Shown here: positions 28,114 through 42,500 of the stretch, in pieces
Numbering within the stretch: position 1 is the first letter of the stretch
Layout of the letters: each line of letters opens with the position of its first letter
IMG/VR virus record: IMGVR_UViG_3300033571_026375
Location: 62,001 to 119,799 of that record
Direction: 5' to 3' (one strand)
DNA length: 57,799 nucleotides
Source of the DNA: an uncultured virus (IMG/VR IMGVR_UViG_3300033571_026375)
Taxonomy: Duplodnaviria; Heunggongvirae; Uroviricota; Caudoviricetes
Translations under genes and position numbers: made by a program
Notes under the pieces: generated by a model
Database searches by the model: none
The model's input: the letters and a program-made list of their open reading frames with translations, nothing else
What the model was told of the DNA's origin: nothing

Positions 28114-29415
28114 TTATGTACAATCTATGCTGAACGGAGATTTCTTTACAACAGTGAAATTTTTACGATAAAATGCTGATCGTGACACGATAATATCGTC
28201 AATATAACCACTAAAACCTTCTGTTACATAACCTCTGCTATACAGATTATCAAAATTATAATATTGACTATGTAATGCTCCAATAATTAAATATGGATTA
28301 TTTATGATAATATTATTAGGATAATAAATCTCTTGTTGTTCGATACCATCAAAAAATAATGATATATAGTTTTTAGATCTACATATAGTAATATTATTAT
28401 ATGAGTTTGTAGCTAATACCGGAGAACTAGATAAAATATTCACTCCGTTGATATTAAAATAAATATTTTGATTATTGTGATATAATTGCCATATATTATC
28501 ATTGCCACCATATTCTGAACAAGACGACAGCAGAGTTCTATTCTGACTGTCTACAATAGAATCTGGTTTAAACCATACTGAGATGGTAAAGTTTCCACTA
28601 AGAGACCAGAGTGTATTATATAAACCATCCGGGTCGTATGCTCTCATATGAGGATAAGTTTGAGTAATAAAAGATTCGTCACTATATGAAACATCTCCAG
28701 GAAAATACCAGCTTCCATCTGATATATTTGGCTCGACATTTTCTATTGTATCAATTTGATTAATTAAACAAGAATAATCCACAATTTGATTTCTATCTGC
28801 TTGATCCATATTTGCAAAGAACAATAAATCATTATCATTATCTATTCCGCCAGATGGAATAATAATATCACTAGTAGTAAACAATCCGGTTCCTATATTA
28901 TTAATTGCGGCTACTCTAATTTGATAAGGAACATTATTTGTTATGGAAATATTTAATCCTGTATTGGTACTAGTGCCATCGTAATAGGTATTCCAAGAAG
29001 CTCCAGAATCGTCACTATACTCTACTAAATAGTCTGTAATGGGTGATTTACCATCAAAAGGTTTTGGCCATTTAAAAATACCTAATGAATCCTTGTCTCT
29101 TGCAAAAATATATTCTATAAGACCAGGAGGAGTAGGGGGTAAATTATATACCAAGACATCTGCTGCTATATAAGATATTCGATTTTCTTCCTTGAGAGTA
29201 TTATAAGATAATACATCGCTAGAGACATATGTTAAATTTATAATAGGTGATTTTTTATTATATGAAATAACATCAGCCGCAAGATAAGATAAATTAATTT
29301 TTTCTGTTGGAATAGTATAAGATACAGTATCGATAGAAAGATACGAAAGCAATATCTGTTCAAGCTCGCTGGTGTCTCTTTTATTGATAAAACCAAAGAA
29401 TGGAGGAAGAATCAT
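28114..29415 (-). CDS. Virion protein: 19-aa repeats + FN3 + LamG
   Basis: FN3: WPKPFDGKSPITDYLVEYS...YQIRVAAINNIG. LamG: FTISVWFKP...FSGYIDDI. Four N-terminal SYxxxDVxxY-type repeats. Confidence 0.75.
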   Translation of the reverse strand: MILPPFFGFINKRDTSELEQILLSYLSIDTVSYTIPTEKINLSYLAADVISYNKKSPIINLTYVSSDVLSYNTLKEENRISYIAADVLVYNLPPTPPGLIEYIFARDKDSLGIFKWPKPFDGKSPITDYLVEYSDDSGASWNTYYDGTSTNTGLNISITNNVPYQIRVAAINNIGTGLFTTSDIIIPSGGIDNDNDLLFFANMDQADRNQIVDYSCLINQIDTIENVEPNISDGSWYFPGDVSYSDESFITQTYPHMRAYDPDGLYNTLWSLSGNFTISVWFKPDSIVDSQNRTLLSSCSEYGGNDNIWQLYHNNQNIYFNINGVNILSSSPVLATNSYNNITICRSKNYISLFFDGIEQQEIYYPNNIIINNPYLIIGALHSQYYNFDNLYSRGYVTEGFSGYIDDIIVSRSAFYRKNFTVVKKSPFSIDCT

Positions 29416-29417
29416 AA

Positions 29418-30584
29418 TTATGGTCCACTATTTAATGCTGTTGTATCTCCCGATAATAATAATTTAGCTGTAGCAATTTTAACAATAGTAGCTATAGAGT
29501 ATTGTCCAACTAGTTTGGTGTGATTATATCTATTTAATATGGTGCCGGAAAATCTCACTTGCCCCGACCCTAATTGGGCTACCAGACAATTAAATCCATT
29601 GGTAATATTATTTGAAAAACTCACATTAATAAAACTATCATTGTGGTCTAGTGCTATAATTTTACCGTTATCGTTTTGTTCGACAATATAATTATTAGTA
29701 GTTTGATAATTAATACTGGCAGAAAATCTATTTAGTTCACCGTCGCCCAAAGACTGAGTTCCTGTGAAACTATTGCCGCCATTAATTTTTGCAAAATATG
29801 ATTGGTCATATATCGCGGACGAGCCTAAGCCGAGTGTATTGCGTTGTTCTTGAGCCGTACCATCATTTAATAGTTTTACTGCTTGGCTAGTAGCTGTAAT
29901 TAATCTGAAGCCTGTATTACTATTTCCATACAACATAGCGCCGGAATAGATGGACAAACTAGATATAGAATCTAGAGCAGAAGAGTGGGCTTGTACGTCT
30001 GTGCCAATATCTAATCCGGAAACACTTATTAGTAGTTTATTAAAATCATCATCATGATAAGATAATGATATATAATCTCCGCTTTCTAAAAGATTATAAA
30101 CTCTGTCATCGACTCCTTCGTTAAAATTTGTAATTTGAGCAACATTGTGTTGATGACTCACAGGAGCATAGATCCCAACTATATTTGGTGAAGAAATAGT
30201 CAATGTATTACTATTACTGTCGAGAGCAATAGATGTTCCATTATTACCAGCTATTCGTAATGTATCAGATATTCCGCTTAAAGAAATTGTATTAATAAAA
30301 TCAGTCAATTTTAACACAGATATTCCGGAACCAGGTGGTCCCATGGGTCCAATAGGCCCAACTATACTATCACCCTTGTCTCCCTTCTCTCCCTTATCTC
30401 CTTGAGGACCTGGTAGGCCGGATCCTGGTGGTCCTTGTAAACCTCTTTCTATATCAACAATAGCAATAGTCCTAGTAAAATTATCGTTTATATTTACTGT
30501 GGATGAACGAACATCTTCAGAGCTTTCTGTAGTATTGATAATGAGTAATTTATTTTCTGGAGTAATCACATTGATAGTAGGCAT
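29418..30584 (-). CDS. Collagen-repeat fibre protein
   Basis: Gly-X-Y tract GLQGPPG...GPQGDKGEKGDKGD...GPIGPMGPPG, plus fibre-type motifs (YAPVSHQH, GLDIGTDVQAH, QRNTLGLG). Confidence 0.75.
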   Translation of the reverse strand: MPTINVITPENKLLIINTTESSEDVRSSTVNINDNFTRTIAIVDIERGLQGPPGSGLPGPQGDKGEKGDKGDSIVGPIGPMGPPGSGISVLKLTDFINTISLSGISDTLRIAGNNGTSIALDSNSNTLTISSPNIVGIYAPVSHQHNVAQITNFNEGVDDRVYNLLESGDYISLSYHDDDFNKLLISVSGLDIGTDVQAHSSALDSISSLSIYSGAMLYGNSNTGFRLITATSQAVKLLNDGTAQEQRNTLGLGSSAIYDQSYFAKINGGNSFTGTQSLGDGELNRFSASINYQTTNNYIVEQNDNGKIIALDHNDSFINVSFSNNITNGFNCLVAQLGSGQVRFSGTILNRYNHTKLVGQYSIATIVKIATAKLLLSGDTTALNSGP

Positions 30585-30585
30585 A

Positions 30586-33500
30586 TCATGTATCCTTCAA
30601 TATAAGTACGGTATCTGTGCCGGTGCTATCGGAAACCCTAATATGAAATGCTGATTGGTTACCCCAATCCACCGTATTAGGAATAGAAGATAAAGTAATA
30701 ATAGTAGTATTATTTATCGGATTAAATATATCTTTATCTTTATTTATAGGAAATCTTCTAAACCCACAGCGAACATAATTTTCAGTACCATCTAGGTCTA
30801 TTCTGACATCAATAGTTTCAGACAGAGCTGGCAGTCTGCCCCCATCTATCTCTAGGGTAACAGTCCAACTATTAGATGCTGAAGGCCAAGTAACAGAGGC
30901 CGACAGTATCTCTAATGGCTTACTAACCACCATAGGAATGTCTTTTTCATATTTTTTAGGAACAATATTTGTACTAATATTACTAAATATAGGCATATTT
31001 ATATTTTCTTTAGTCATAATACGATAAAAATAGTTACCATATAAAATATTGGCTCTTCCAGAGATTTTGAAATCATAAACACCTTCTTGATCTGAAGATA
31101 TATTATTTGGCATAATTTTAATATTATCTTCTATGATTTTGTATATATTTACATAATTGCCTATGTTGAAATTATTATATAGATTAGTGCTAATTATTAA
31201 TCCTGTATTATCTATGACGGCAATATAGGGCACTCCAGGAGAATCGATAGCATTTAATGATGTAGATCCACTAACAGAACTCATGGCTATATTATCATTA
31301 ATTGATAGATTTAGATTATTATGATAAACAGTAACTAAATTATTAATAGTATCTATATCTTTAATTTGATTTAGAAATTTAATATCTATCATCAAAGCGC
31401 TCTGTCCTATATTAGTATAAATTTTATTATAGAATACAACATTATTTCCGACTATATTGGTTGAAGATAGCTCTGTTATAAATGAATCAACGACAGTTAT
31501 CTCGTTATTCCATTCTGTTTTGGTAATTGTTATATTTATTAGATTTCCCTCTAATAATACATTATTGATATTGCTAATTAAAACAGTTTGAGCCGAAGAG
31601 TTGTAACTACCTGTGGTTTTAAAATTATTTTTAGTATTTATAGACTCTAGTATAATGCCAGATATAATGGGAAGATAATTCTTAGCTAACCATGGAGATC
31701 CTCCGCTAGTATAATATAATTCGTTATTAGAGCAGGTAGGAGGCTCTGGAAAACAAATATCGTGAGGAATGTATCCTCCGTATGCAGAACCATCTATGCC
31801 ATAAATAGATGGACTAATATTATTAATAATATCTCCACTAACTATACTAATATATTCAGGTATGCAAGGGATAATAGGAGGTAATGATGATTGAGAAGGT
31901 TTTGTAACTGGTGTAGCGGTAGCCTTATGTACCCAGAAATATGTGGATGGGATAGCACCCGGCCTAGCCTGAACATTAAAGGTTGGAAAAGTAGAATTAG
32001 ATGGTGATTCTATGTCTAATTTAAATACAGTGCCTGTGCCACGAGCGGCATTACCCAAAATAGCAGATGTTAAATTGATAGCCACTGGGCTAGTCAGGGA
32101 TATCGACTGAGAGCCGGATAATTCTGTTTGATTGGTATACATATTGGTCAATAAGTAGTTTGCTGTTCCATTACGCAGATTTTCTACGATGCCTCTTTCC
32201 AGCTGAGTATTACCAAATGATAGTCTAGTATCTAAAGCAAAAGACGAACCATCCCAACTAAAATTATTATTAGCCGCTGGTGGAGGATCCGTTATTTCCA
32301 CATACGGCCTCGGCAATACAACTCCGCTGATCCTTAAATATCCTGTTTCCCAGCAATTAGTATATGCTATATTGGTTCTAGTATTAGAAGAATCAATATT
32401 TATAAAACGTAGACCTGTTAATCTAACATCATTCGACTTCCATGCTCCATTTGTGGGCAGATATCCGCTAAAACCGGGACTTAGATATCCTTTAATGCCC
32501 AGCTTATTGTTCAGTCCATCGTTTCCTATGGATCCATTACCCAATAAGCATCCAAAATTATATTGTATATCTCCATTAAATAAATTATTCAAGTCACTGA
32601 TATTTTCAAATTTATAATTTCCTACTACAATATCAACTAATCCGGTTCTGGGTTGAAAAGCTTCTTTTGTATTTACATACCACAGATTAGATGGAACTGG
32701 AGATCCAGGAAAACTCGAAGTAGTTTTCTTTAAAGAATATCTTCCATTATTCGAATTACTGACATCTTGATTTATTCTGATATAAACTTCATTCCCTATC
32801 ACAAGATCTTCTGACTGGATACCAAAATTATTAGTTTCATTCATCAGCAAAAATAGAAGTGAGTCTGGTTCTTCTTGTCCACTATATGGGATAATCTTAG
32901 TTGGACATGTATTATTAGGTAATATACTACGACATTCTAATTCATCAACAATAGGCTCTGGTTTCCATCTATACGTTCCCTGTAGTGGTAAAATTTGTAG
33001 TCCGGTAGATGGTGTAAATACCGGCTTATCACTATCGAAGTAAACTGCTATGCTAATGTTAGGATCATTGATAGAAACTGTCTGATTAAAAGTTAGAACC
33101 TTAGATCCGCTATTATTTCTTGCGTCTACCACTGTAATGCCGAAAGTTTCATCGTATGCAGCACCATTGGGAGCAAAAGACAAAGGATATCCTTGGATAA
33201 TAACTTCTCCACTCTGTAAGTTATTATATAGCGGAGCGTTAAAAGGATTATCTAATAAATAAGATGGATAATTAATAGTATAGCTTAAGCCAGATGGTAA
33301 ACTGCCGCTAATAATTATCCCAGTTAAACCAGTTGGCTGTGGACATTGTTCTCTTGCTTTGGGGCCGAATTTTAATTTACGAAAATAAAATGTATCACAC
33401 AGCGGCTTGAGTAATAGTTGCTCCTGAGGATCCTCTTTATCTTGTACAACGGGATCAGGATGAGGAATATCTATAGGAACATAAGTAAATAAAGTATCTA

Positions 33501-36500
33501 CAATATCTGGTGGTTCTATATATGGATTTTCTAATACCAAATTTGTATCTATGGCAGTAATCGTGAATGGTAATGATCCCAACAAGGAGCACGACGGCAC
33601 TCCAGAAAACTTAAAATGCCAAGTTTTAAGATTATCATTGAAAGATGGACTAGATGAAGACAAGCATGGATTTTGTAAATTCGGATCGATTACATCGCTA
33701 TATTTGGGATCTAAACGAGGGTCATATCCTGTGCAAAAAGTTGGAGTGTTTTGTAAAATAATAGTAGGAGGATGTAATGGTGACTCCAAACCAAAAATAG
33801 TATCAAATTCCAGTGTCCACGGCTCGTCACCTTGTTTAATAATAATTCCAGATTCTGGATTGGTATAATTTTTAATGCCACTAATTTTTATTGATTTTGC
33901 TTGATCAATAACAATATCTCTATTAGTATTTTGTAATTCTAGTAAATTAACTTTTGCCACAGCCGTAATCTTATCTGTAGCTATGCCTTTGCATTGAAGA
34001 GTGATAGAAGGATTAATAGATGTCTTATCTATTAAAATTCTAGAATCCCATTTCTGTACAAATTTATTACCTGTTCCAGCTACCTCCCAGATATTCAAAT
34101 CTTTATTATACTTTTTGTACATATTAGCATAGTTCATATCGATAGTATTTTCACCATCAAATGTAATATTCGGGTATACCCCACTATTTGGCTCCTTGAT
34201 ATCAGCTTGAATAAAAAATTCATTGTTAGGAGTATTGTATAAATTAGGAAAAATATATTGTATAGAATTAGTGGGAATGTACTTGATATTGAATGAAGAA
34301 CGACTATAGCTCCCGTATGTATCATCAGCAAAAATATTCATAGTATATATACCGGTAGACGGAGCATATTTACCATATATGTCTGGCTTACCTTGCGCTG
34401 TTACGATCCACAGTTTATTAATATTATCATATCTATAAGACAAACTATAAGATAAATATCTGTGTGTTATAGTGCCAAAATTAGGAGTATTAAATAATGT
34501 TACTCTTGGAGGTAGATTGGGCCTATGTTTGCAAACTCCCTCTACTATAGCAAATTCGTATACCCACGGTTTATCAATTTCAAATTCGGGCACTGTATTG
34601 GTAAAAGTAGTATCTATAAGCAATGGTCTGAAAAAAGTAAAATTAGTCAAATAATTTTCTGAAGTATAAGTAGTCCAACTCGGATTGCCATTTGTATATA
34701 TAGGTTGAGATACCGAGAAATTGACCAGTCTATCAGCAGCATAAGCTGTTTCTGATAAATACGATGTATTTCCGGTGTTAGTCGGCACATATTCTATGTT
34801 AAATCTGTTTAGGCCAGGATCAAAACCAGCAAAGATTCGTGTTGTTCCAAAATATACTCCTCCATTTACTGATGTGGTGATAGAAGAGTGTTGCTGATCC
34901 GTTTCGTAAACCGGCACCTGAAATGATATATTTTCATCTTTTGCTAAATTTATATATGTGTTAGTATTTAAATTATTAATATGTGGAGTATATGGAGGTC
35001 TATCATTTAAGCTAGATAATATATGTAAAGAACCACTACCCGAAGCTATTATTTGACCGCTATTAAAATCATTGACAATAACTATTGGATTCCAAATACC
35101 AGTAGAAAATCCACCACCAGCTGGATAGCCTATAAGCTCTAGCTCAGAAGATGAATGTCTTACAAAATCATAACTGAAATCATTGGGTGATCCGTAAACG
35201 AATAATCCTTGATCGTTAGGATTATTAACTCCTAAATCTATACCTTTAACATCAAAATATAGCTTCCAATAAGGAGAAGTTACTGATGCATACCCAGTAG
35301 GATAGGTAGGTACTATCATAGGTCTTTCAGTAATACTCAAATTAAGATATCTATAATCTGAACCAGTTTCATCAAAGACACCAATCGCTATAGGAAACAC
35401 CCCAGTATTTTTAAACGGATAGATATTGATGCCTATATTCCAGCCAGATGATGTATATCCATATAAACTATCAAAATATAGAAAACTATATTCCGCTACT
35501 CCGCTAATAAATATCTTAGGAGTATTAATAGAAATATTGCTATTTAATGGAGGAGTACCTCCGCTGATCCTAACTCTCACTGTAAGCGCATCAGTATCAG
35601 TATAGGTCGACATATTATTAGTTACAGGATTAAATATAGCAAAATCTCTATTTTTTAATACCGACACATCACGAATGCCTATTTTGGGAATTTCTGGATA
35701 ATTGACAATATTACCAGATTGTAACGCAGAACCTATGGACACAGAGATGGGATAAGATGAAAATGCTGGTAATGTTTGAGGCAGATGGAAGATATGGTTC
35801 CATTTTTTAGTACTGTCGTCAAATGCATGTATAGTATGTTCCAGCAGATCAATATTATTTACATTAGAAAGCGTGGCAACATTTCTTATAAAGGCATTAT
35901 TTAAATTAGGATCCAGGTGGGGCTTGATATTAAAGTGACTATCTATTATGTAAACTAGACCAGAATTATTAATCAAACTAGTATCATATGGTATATCTAT
36001 AGATATTTTTTGATATGATAATTTATCTTTAATTTTATAAAGATTACTAGATGATGGCATACCATCAATAAAATCAAAATAATAATATTTATCAAATAAC
36101 ATATAATCAGATATAGGAGTATTTTTATATCCAGATATTGATACACATAATCTTCCAGAGGTACACGATGAAGTACCATTATCTACTACAGAATATATAC
36201 CTGTAAATATAGGAGGAACAAGATGCCCATCAGTATCCTGGGGCCACCTAGCAGTAGAACCTCCATGAGACTGCACTATAAGATTGTTATAGTCTATTAA
36301 GTTAAACGATCCGGAATTATACCCTACAAAATCGATGTATCCAGATATAGGAGTTCGAGTGTTAATACCAGTAGAGAATACGTCTACATGTCTGTTTGTG
36401 TCTTCTAACAAAGCTTTGCTAGCATACATATATTGATTTGGAGGTATGGCGATCTTTCCGTCTATAGATATTCCTGTTATATGAGTGGTCTCATTGCTGT

Positions 36501-39500
36501 TATTTATTTTATTGATATGCGATCCACCAATAATATTTACATCATTAATTTTTTGTAATTTAATATGATCATTTTTATTAAGAAAACTTTTAATAGAATC
36601 TAAGCGAGTTAACTGAATAATATTGCCATTATAAAATATATTATTATTTTTATTATATGGTTGATTAAGATTACAATATTTAACTGTAGTATTAATAGTT
36701 GGTAAAATATAAAATAAAGATTTATTTATCTCTTTATAAGAAGGAAAGTATGCTATGCCAGTATTAACTAGCGACGGATGATCTAGCTTAAGAGGTAAGG
36801 GATCAGCCGGATCTTGCATATATGCATATAAATAACAAGCATTATTACCAGAAGGCATATTATTAGGATCAATTCTCAACTGAATGATATCATATCTATC
36901 AACTGGTATAGACCAATTAATATTTGAATCATAGCCTAGTGTTCCGGTATCTATCACAGGAGTTACGCCGGAAACAACACCTAATTTATTTAAATAATCG
37001 ATGTGCAATTGATCAGCTAATTTTATTTGTGTGATAGAAAAATCTCCCATTGATCCGGACGTGCTCAATACTCCATAAAAATTTAGAGTATTAGGGTTAT
37101 GTCCAAGATATAAAAGTTCTACCATTCTCGTATTTGTGCTGGATCCGCTTGTATCTATAAAAATCTTATATGGCAAAGAAACAGTTCCTTTACCATAAAT
37201 ACCACTAGATAACAAGTGATGAACAGGGAATCCAGAGGCATTAATCCTATAAAATTCTGTATACCCAATATCATCGGAGTCAACGATCTTGTGTGTTTTC
37301 ACTCCGCTAAGTAGAATCGGAGATCCGGTAGATATTACACTAGAAAAACCCAGCCTGTCATCTAGAAGAATTCCAGTGGATGATAGAATATTATGATTAC
37401 GAGGAATAACTCCAGATAATTGATATCCGTTTTGAATACTTAACACCTGGTGACCAGATTGATTAGATATATTGTCTGTGTAGTTTAATAAATATCCGGT
37501 AGCAAGTCTATTTGCTAATTTAGACGAAATAGAACATGTCCCTGACACCGAATTACTGAATATATCACTATTGAAGGTTAGTCTTTCGATATTATCTGGA
37601 GCTAGAACTGTTAATGATCTTTCCATCAATATAAAATCTTGTTCCGGAGTGGGATCGGTATTTCTGATAGACATATTTTGTTGCAATACAGTGAAGCCTG
37701 TGTGGTAGACTTTAGACGTATCAAAAATCATATAAGGAGATAATGCAGCAAAATTGAATAGTTCAATATTGTCAAATACTTTTACAAGACCAGTAGGTAA
37801 ATTTATAGCGAGTTCTTTTTTGTTCTTGTCAAATTCGAAAGTAGCATTATTATAGACTTGATCAAATAAATTTAAATTGGGTCTTATATCATATATCTTA
37901 TTATTATTATGAAATAAAGATCCTAAAAATGAACAACCATTGGTCAAATAGGATGCTCGTACAGCATGATTAAAATAATCAGGATAAATACTTTCTTTAA
38001 GAAGATAGCTTCTGTCATCCTTAACGTAGATTTTATTTCCGCTGATACTCTCTATATCAAAAAAGTTATTTTTTGGTAAGCGATTTTGATTTGAATTATA
38101 GACAGTATCAAAAACTATGGGTATTCTATTTACTATTTTAGGACTATAGCTCTTACGATTATGATTACGATCTAGATTAACAGAAATATTACCGGAATGA
38201 ACAATATTATATATGGATGGGTATAAAAATAAATTTTCTACAGAAAAAGCTTTGTCAGATAAAATATCGATATCGAAATAAGTATCTATTCTAGGCAATT
38301 GAGGATTATACGCGGATGTGACCGGGTTATAGATCCTGAGATAATCGGTATTTCGTTCATCTAAATTAAATTCATCATTTATAGCACTAATAGAAATCTT
38401 AGAAGATGTTACATCCGTATAAAAAGTAACTAGTCCCGTAACATACTCTCCATTATCATTATAATTTTCTCTGATACCAAAGCCGTTAAAGCCTCCAGAT
38501 AATGAAGGTATCGGGCAAATACCTGTATAGGTAGTAAAGTTATAGGTCTGAAAAATTTCTGGAAAATAATGTCCAGAATCAGGAATATTACCAGAATAGC
38601 AAATCTTGCCATTTTGAGATATTCCGCTATAAGCAGAATCAAGTCTTATAGCATATTCATCTGTATAAAGTCTATACGGAATAAGCTTACCCCAGGTATA
38701 GAAAAAGTTTGGTTCAGTAAATTTTAGACTTGTGGGTAATAGAGACAGTTGATCTTCATAATATCCCTGTTGACCATGACCTATTCTATTAGCAGATAAT
38801 GATGCTCTATTAGGATAATTAATTTTAATCTGATTATTTTTACCAGGAAATAGGATGTACGCCGTACCACTCTTAGCGCTAATGGCATAGTCGTGTACTA
38901 CAAGATCGTTATTTTCACAAAGAAGAGAGTCAATAGAAGAATCGAGAAAAATTTTGCCATTATCATTAAATATATTAATTGATTCCAAAATTTCATATCT
39001 ATCAGATAACTCTATTCTTGATCCATGATGAGTTTTTGTATTAGAAATAATTCCATGGCCATCCTCTGTGATTAATAAACCATACTCATATGGGGCGCTA
39101 TCAATGTAGGCTCCAGCATAAATGCGTTGCTCTGTAATAAAATGAGCATTATCATCAGAACCTAATTTATCGACATATAAGACAGCATTATTAAGTTCTT
39201 TATCAAAATACCAGTAGTCATGAGCATAATTTAATTGATTGTTATCTCTAGTATAATCTATATTTGACTGTAATAATCCTATAGTATCATTACTGTAATA
39301 TAATTGTTGTAATGGATTTAGCGGATAATTAGGACTCTTATTGTCTATAAAAGATCTATCAATATTGTTATGAAATTGTCGATAAATTTTTATAGGATCA
39401 TCAGAGTACCACACATAATCTACAATATTATCCGTTAATGAAAAATAAGCTTCATCATTTATATTCTCGTAATTTTCTGTTAATAATTCTATATTTGTAT

Positions 39501-42500
39501 AAGTGGGTGGATACGAAATACTCTCTAGGTTAGATATATTTTCGCTTTGTAGGTTCTGGAGAACATTATTTTCTGGCACCAAATTAGAATCTTCAGACTC
39601 TGTGAATAACCAAGAGTACATATTTTTGGTGGACCATGAAATATTTTTATATTCATGATAGTTAGTATATATTAATTTATCTACTTCATTCTCTGAACAT
39701 ATATCATTAAATCGGTCTTCTTCCTCAATATAATAAGAAATTAAAAGTTCATTCATATTATGATTTATAACTTCATTATTCTCGGTCAAAATAAGCTCTA
39801 TATCTGAACCTCTTTTTTCTTGTAATAATCCATTCGTCAACGTGGCGCTATAATCATTAAATGAGCCGATTCTCATCCTAGAACCAAAAGACGGATTAAC
39901 ATTCCTCATGGGTAATAACTGATTTGTAAATAATGTAGATACAGAATAATCAAAATTAGTATTATCAAAAATAATTTTGCCATTATTAATAGGTGTTCCG
40001 CTAAAAATAGTTGGCTTATATACATTTTTTACTTTATATCCAGATCCCAAAGTATTGTTAAGATTGTCTTTAAGAGATACATCAGAATAAATAGATAGAA
40101 ACTCTGGAGATCCTGATATAGATGCTGGGATATAATGTTGTAAAATGGGCTTACATTTTGTGACGATATCGCTATTTTTATTCAAGATGCCGGAAAAATT
40201 ATTTTCTGCAGTCAAAAATGTTATGTATGGATTATATCCTCCGATATGACGCAATTCTCCAACAAGTGTAGCCGGAGGTGCGTTTTCCTCCAAATGATTT
40301 TGTGTAAGATAAATATTTTCTGTTCTTAGAATATTGCTCACGTCATAAGCGAAGACTTCCATGGTTGATACAGGATTATCGGCAACCTCGATAATAAAAT
40401 TATCTGTAATACTCAAGCCATCTTCGTCTGTAGCTATTAAATCTATAGAATAAGCTCCTATATCGCATATATCCGGCGTTCCGCTAAAACTAATAGTTTG
40501 GCTATTAAATACTAACCATCTTGGTAAGGAGTGTCCACCTTTTATCTCTGCGGAATATTTTAGTTCTCCATGATCTGAATCAGAAAAAGTATCACTAGGA
40601 ACATTATATTCAAAAATATCATTAGCATAAATATTAAAATTACCAATAGGTTTAGCTACTAAAGGATTTTCTTGTTGATTCTGTATATAGATATAAAGAA
40701 TTTTTTCAAAATTAGGAGCAATATTATCTTTGTGTGATGATGCTTTAACTCTAATGGGAATTATATTATTAGTTTCATAATCAAAAGATGTATTAGTATA
40801 TAAATAATATCTATTACCACTTTGTTGAATATTAAAAAATTTATTATTATCAGATAAATATCCGTTAGATAACTCAAATGACGGAGGATTGGATATAAAA
40901 TTGACAGGTTTATTTCCAGAATCAAAAATAGATATTCTGTGATAATTACTATCATCTTTCCATCTAATATAACAGCCACTATGTTTATTGAGATCAGAGT
41001 ATGTAGAGCTATAACTACAATTATATGTATTTCTATGATATAAATTTAATGTTCCTGTATTATTATTAAAAACGGGTCTTACAGAAACAACGGAGCCATC
41101 TGAAATATTAGTAATGTTGTATGGTATAGATATAGAAAATATAAAAGGATTATTGTTTGTGGCCACATTTGTTACATCATCTAAATCAAATATTCCATTT
41201 TGATCAATATCATCAACAGCTATCTCTATAGAATTATTTTGATTGCTGTATAAAAGAGCATCTTGGGGATTGATCACCGTGCCTGATCCGCCGTCATTTA
41301 CAAATGAAAATCTCGCATCAGGGAAAAACTGCGCAGTATTTGTGGCTTTTGCATCTTTGATATTTTGAAACTCAGAATTAATATAAAGACTATCGCATTC
41401 TTTATATACAAAAAAAGAGTAATTATCTAGAATAACACGAATATCTCCAGTAAATTGTTGTGGATTAGGACTATCTGAGTATAATGGATAGTTAATAAAT
41501 AATTTATTGCCACTAATAGATTGTATAATTCGATTATAGGCTATATTAGAATAAGGTTGTACAAGCTTAATATTCATATTATTTTTAGCAATTTGATCTA
41601 TTCTATAGCCGGCATTATTTACCGTACCGATGGGTAAAGTAATGATATTATTACTAATAGAAGCAATAAAATCAAATGCAAATAATTTATTATATTCACT
41701 AGTATTTTGAATATAAATTTTAGTTTCGTTATTTAGTGTTTGTTTGACTCCTCTCCATTCTGGTGATGATACAAAAAAGGAGTCTTGACCACTTAGCAGA
41801 GCTTTATATCTCTTTTTGGGTAAAAAATATTTAGAGCTGCTTACAAATTCTATATCTACTTCTGAGTCTTGTACCACGCCATGATTTTTACTGTATATGG
41901 AGATATGAGGACTTGTAAACGACTGGGTAAAAATACCGCTATATCTAGGTTTAGATACATCTAGAATGAGATTACCATCAAAAGTTTTTTCGAATATGCC
42001 ACTTATATGTACCTGTGTTGGAGTATACATATGATAAGTAGGTAAATGTCGAATAGATATATCAAGTTCTCTATTAGGAGCATCCAGACAATTTATATAT
42101 TGTCCGACTCGGGTTGGCGATTCTGGTCTTACTGGATTTGTATAGTTCCAAAAATGATAATGTCTACGTAGTTGAGAGTTATTAAATACTTGTATTTTAG
42201 TTCCGCTATTGGGAACAGTTGTACTATTTAGTATTTCTGTAATATTTAAAGGATTACGATAGGTTGCATTATTAATAATACCACTTTCAAAAAGAAAATG
42301 TCCAACACCGCTACTTAGACCTTTATTAATTAATAGTTCTATATTGAATGCTATAGTTTTATCTTTAGGTAAATTAATAATAGGTGTCATAGAGCGCCAA
42401 TTACCATCCGTCTCTGTGCCCCTTAAATAAGCTGCAACAGTTGAATACTGTCCGTGTTCCAAAATTTGATTACCAGAACCCACTGTTCTAAAAGCTCCAA

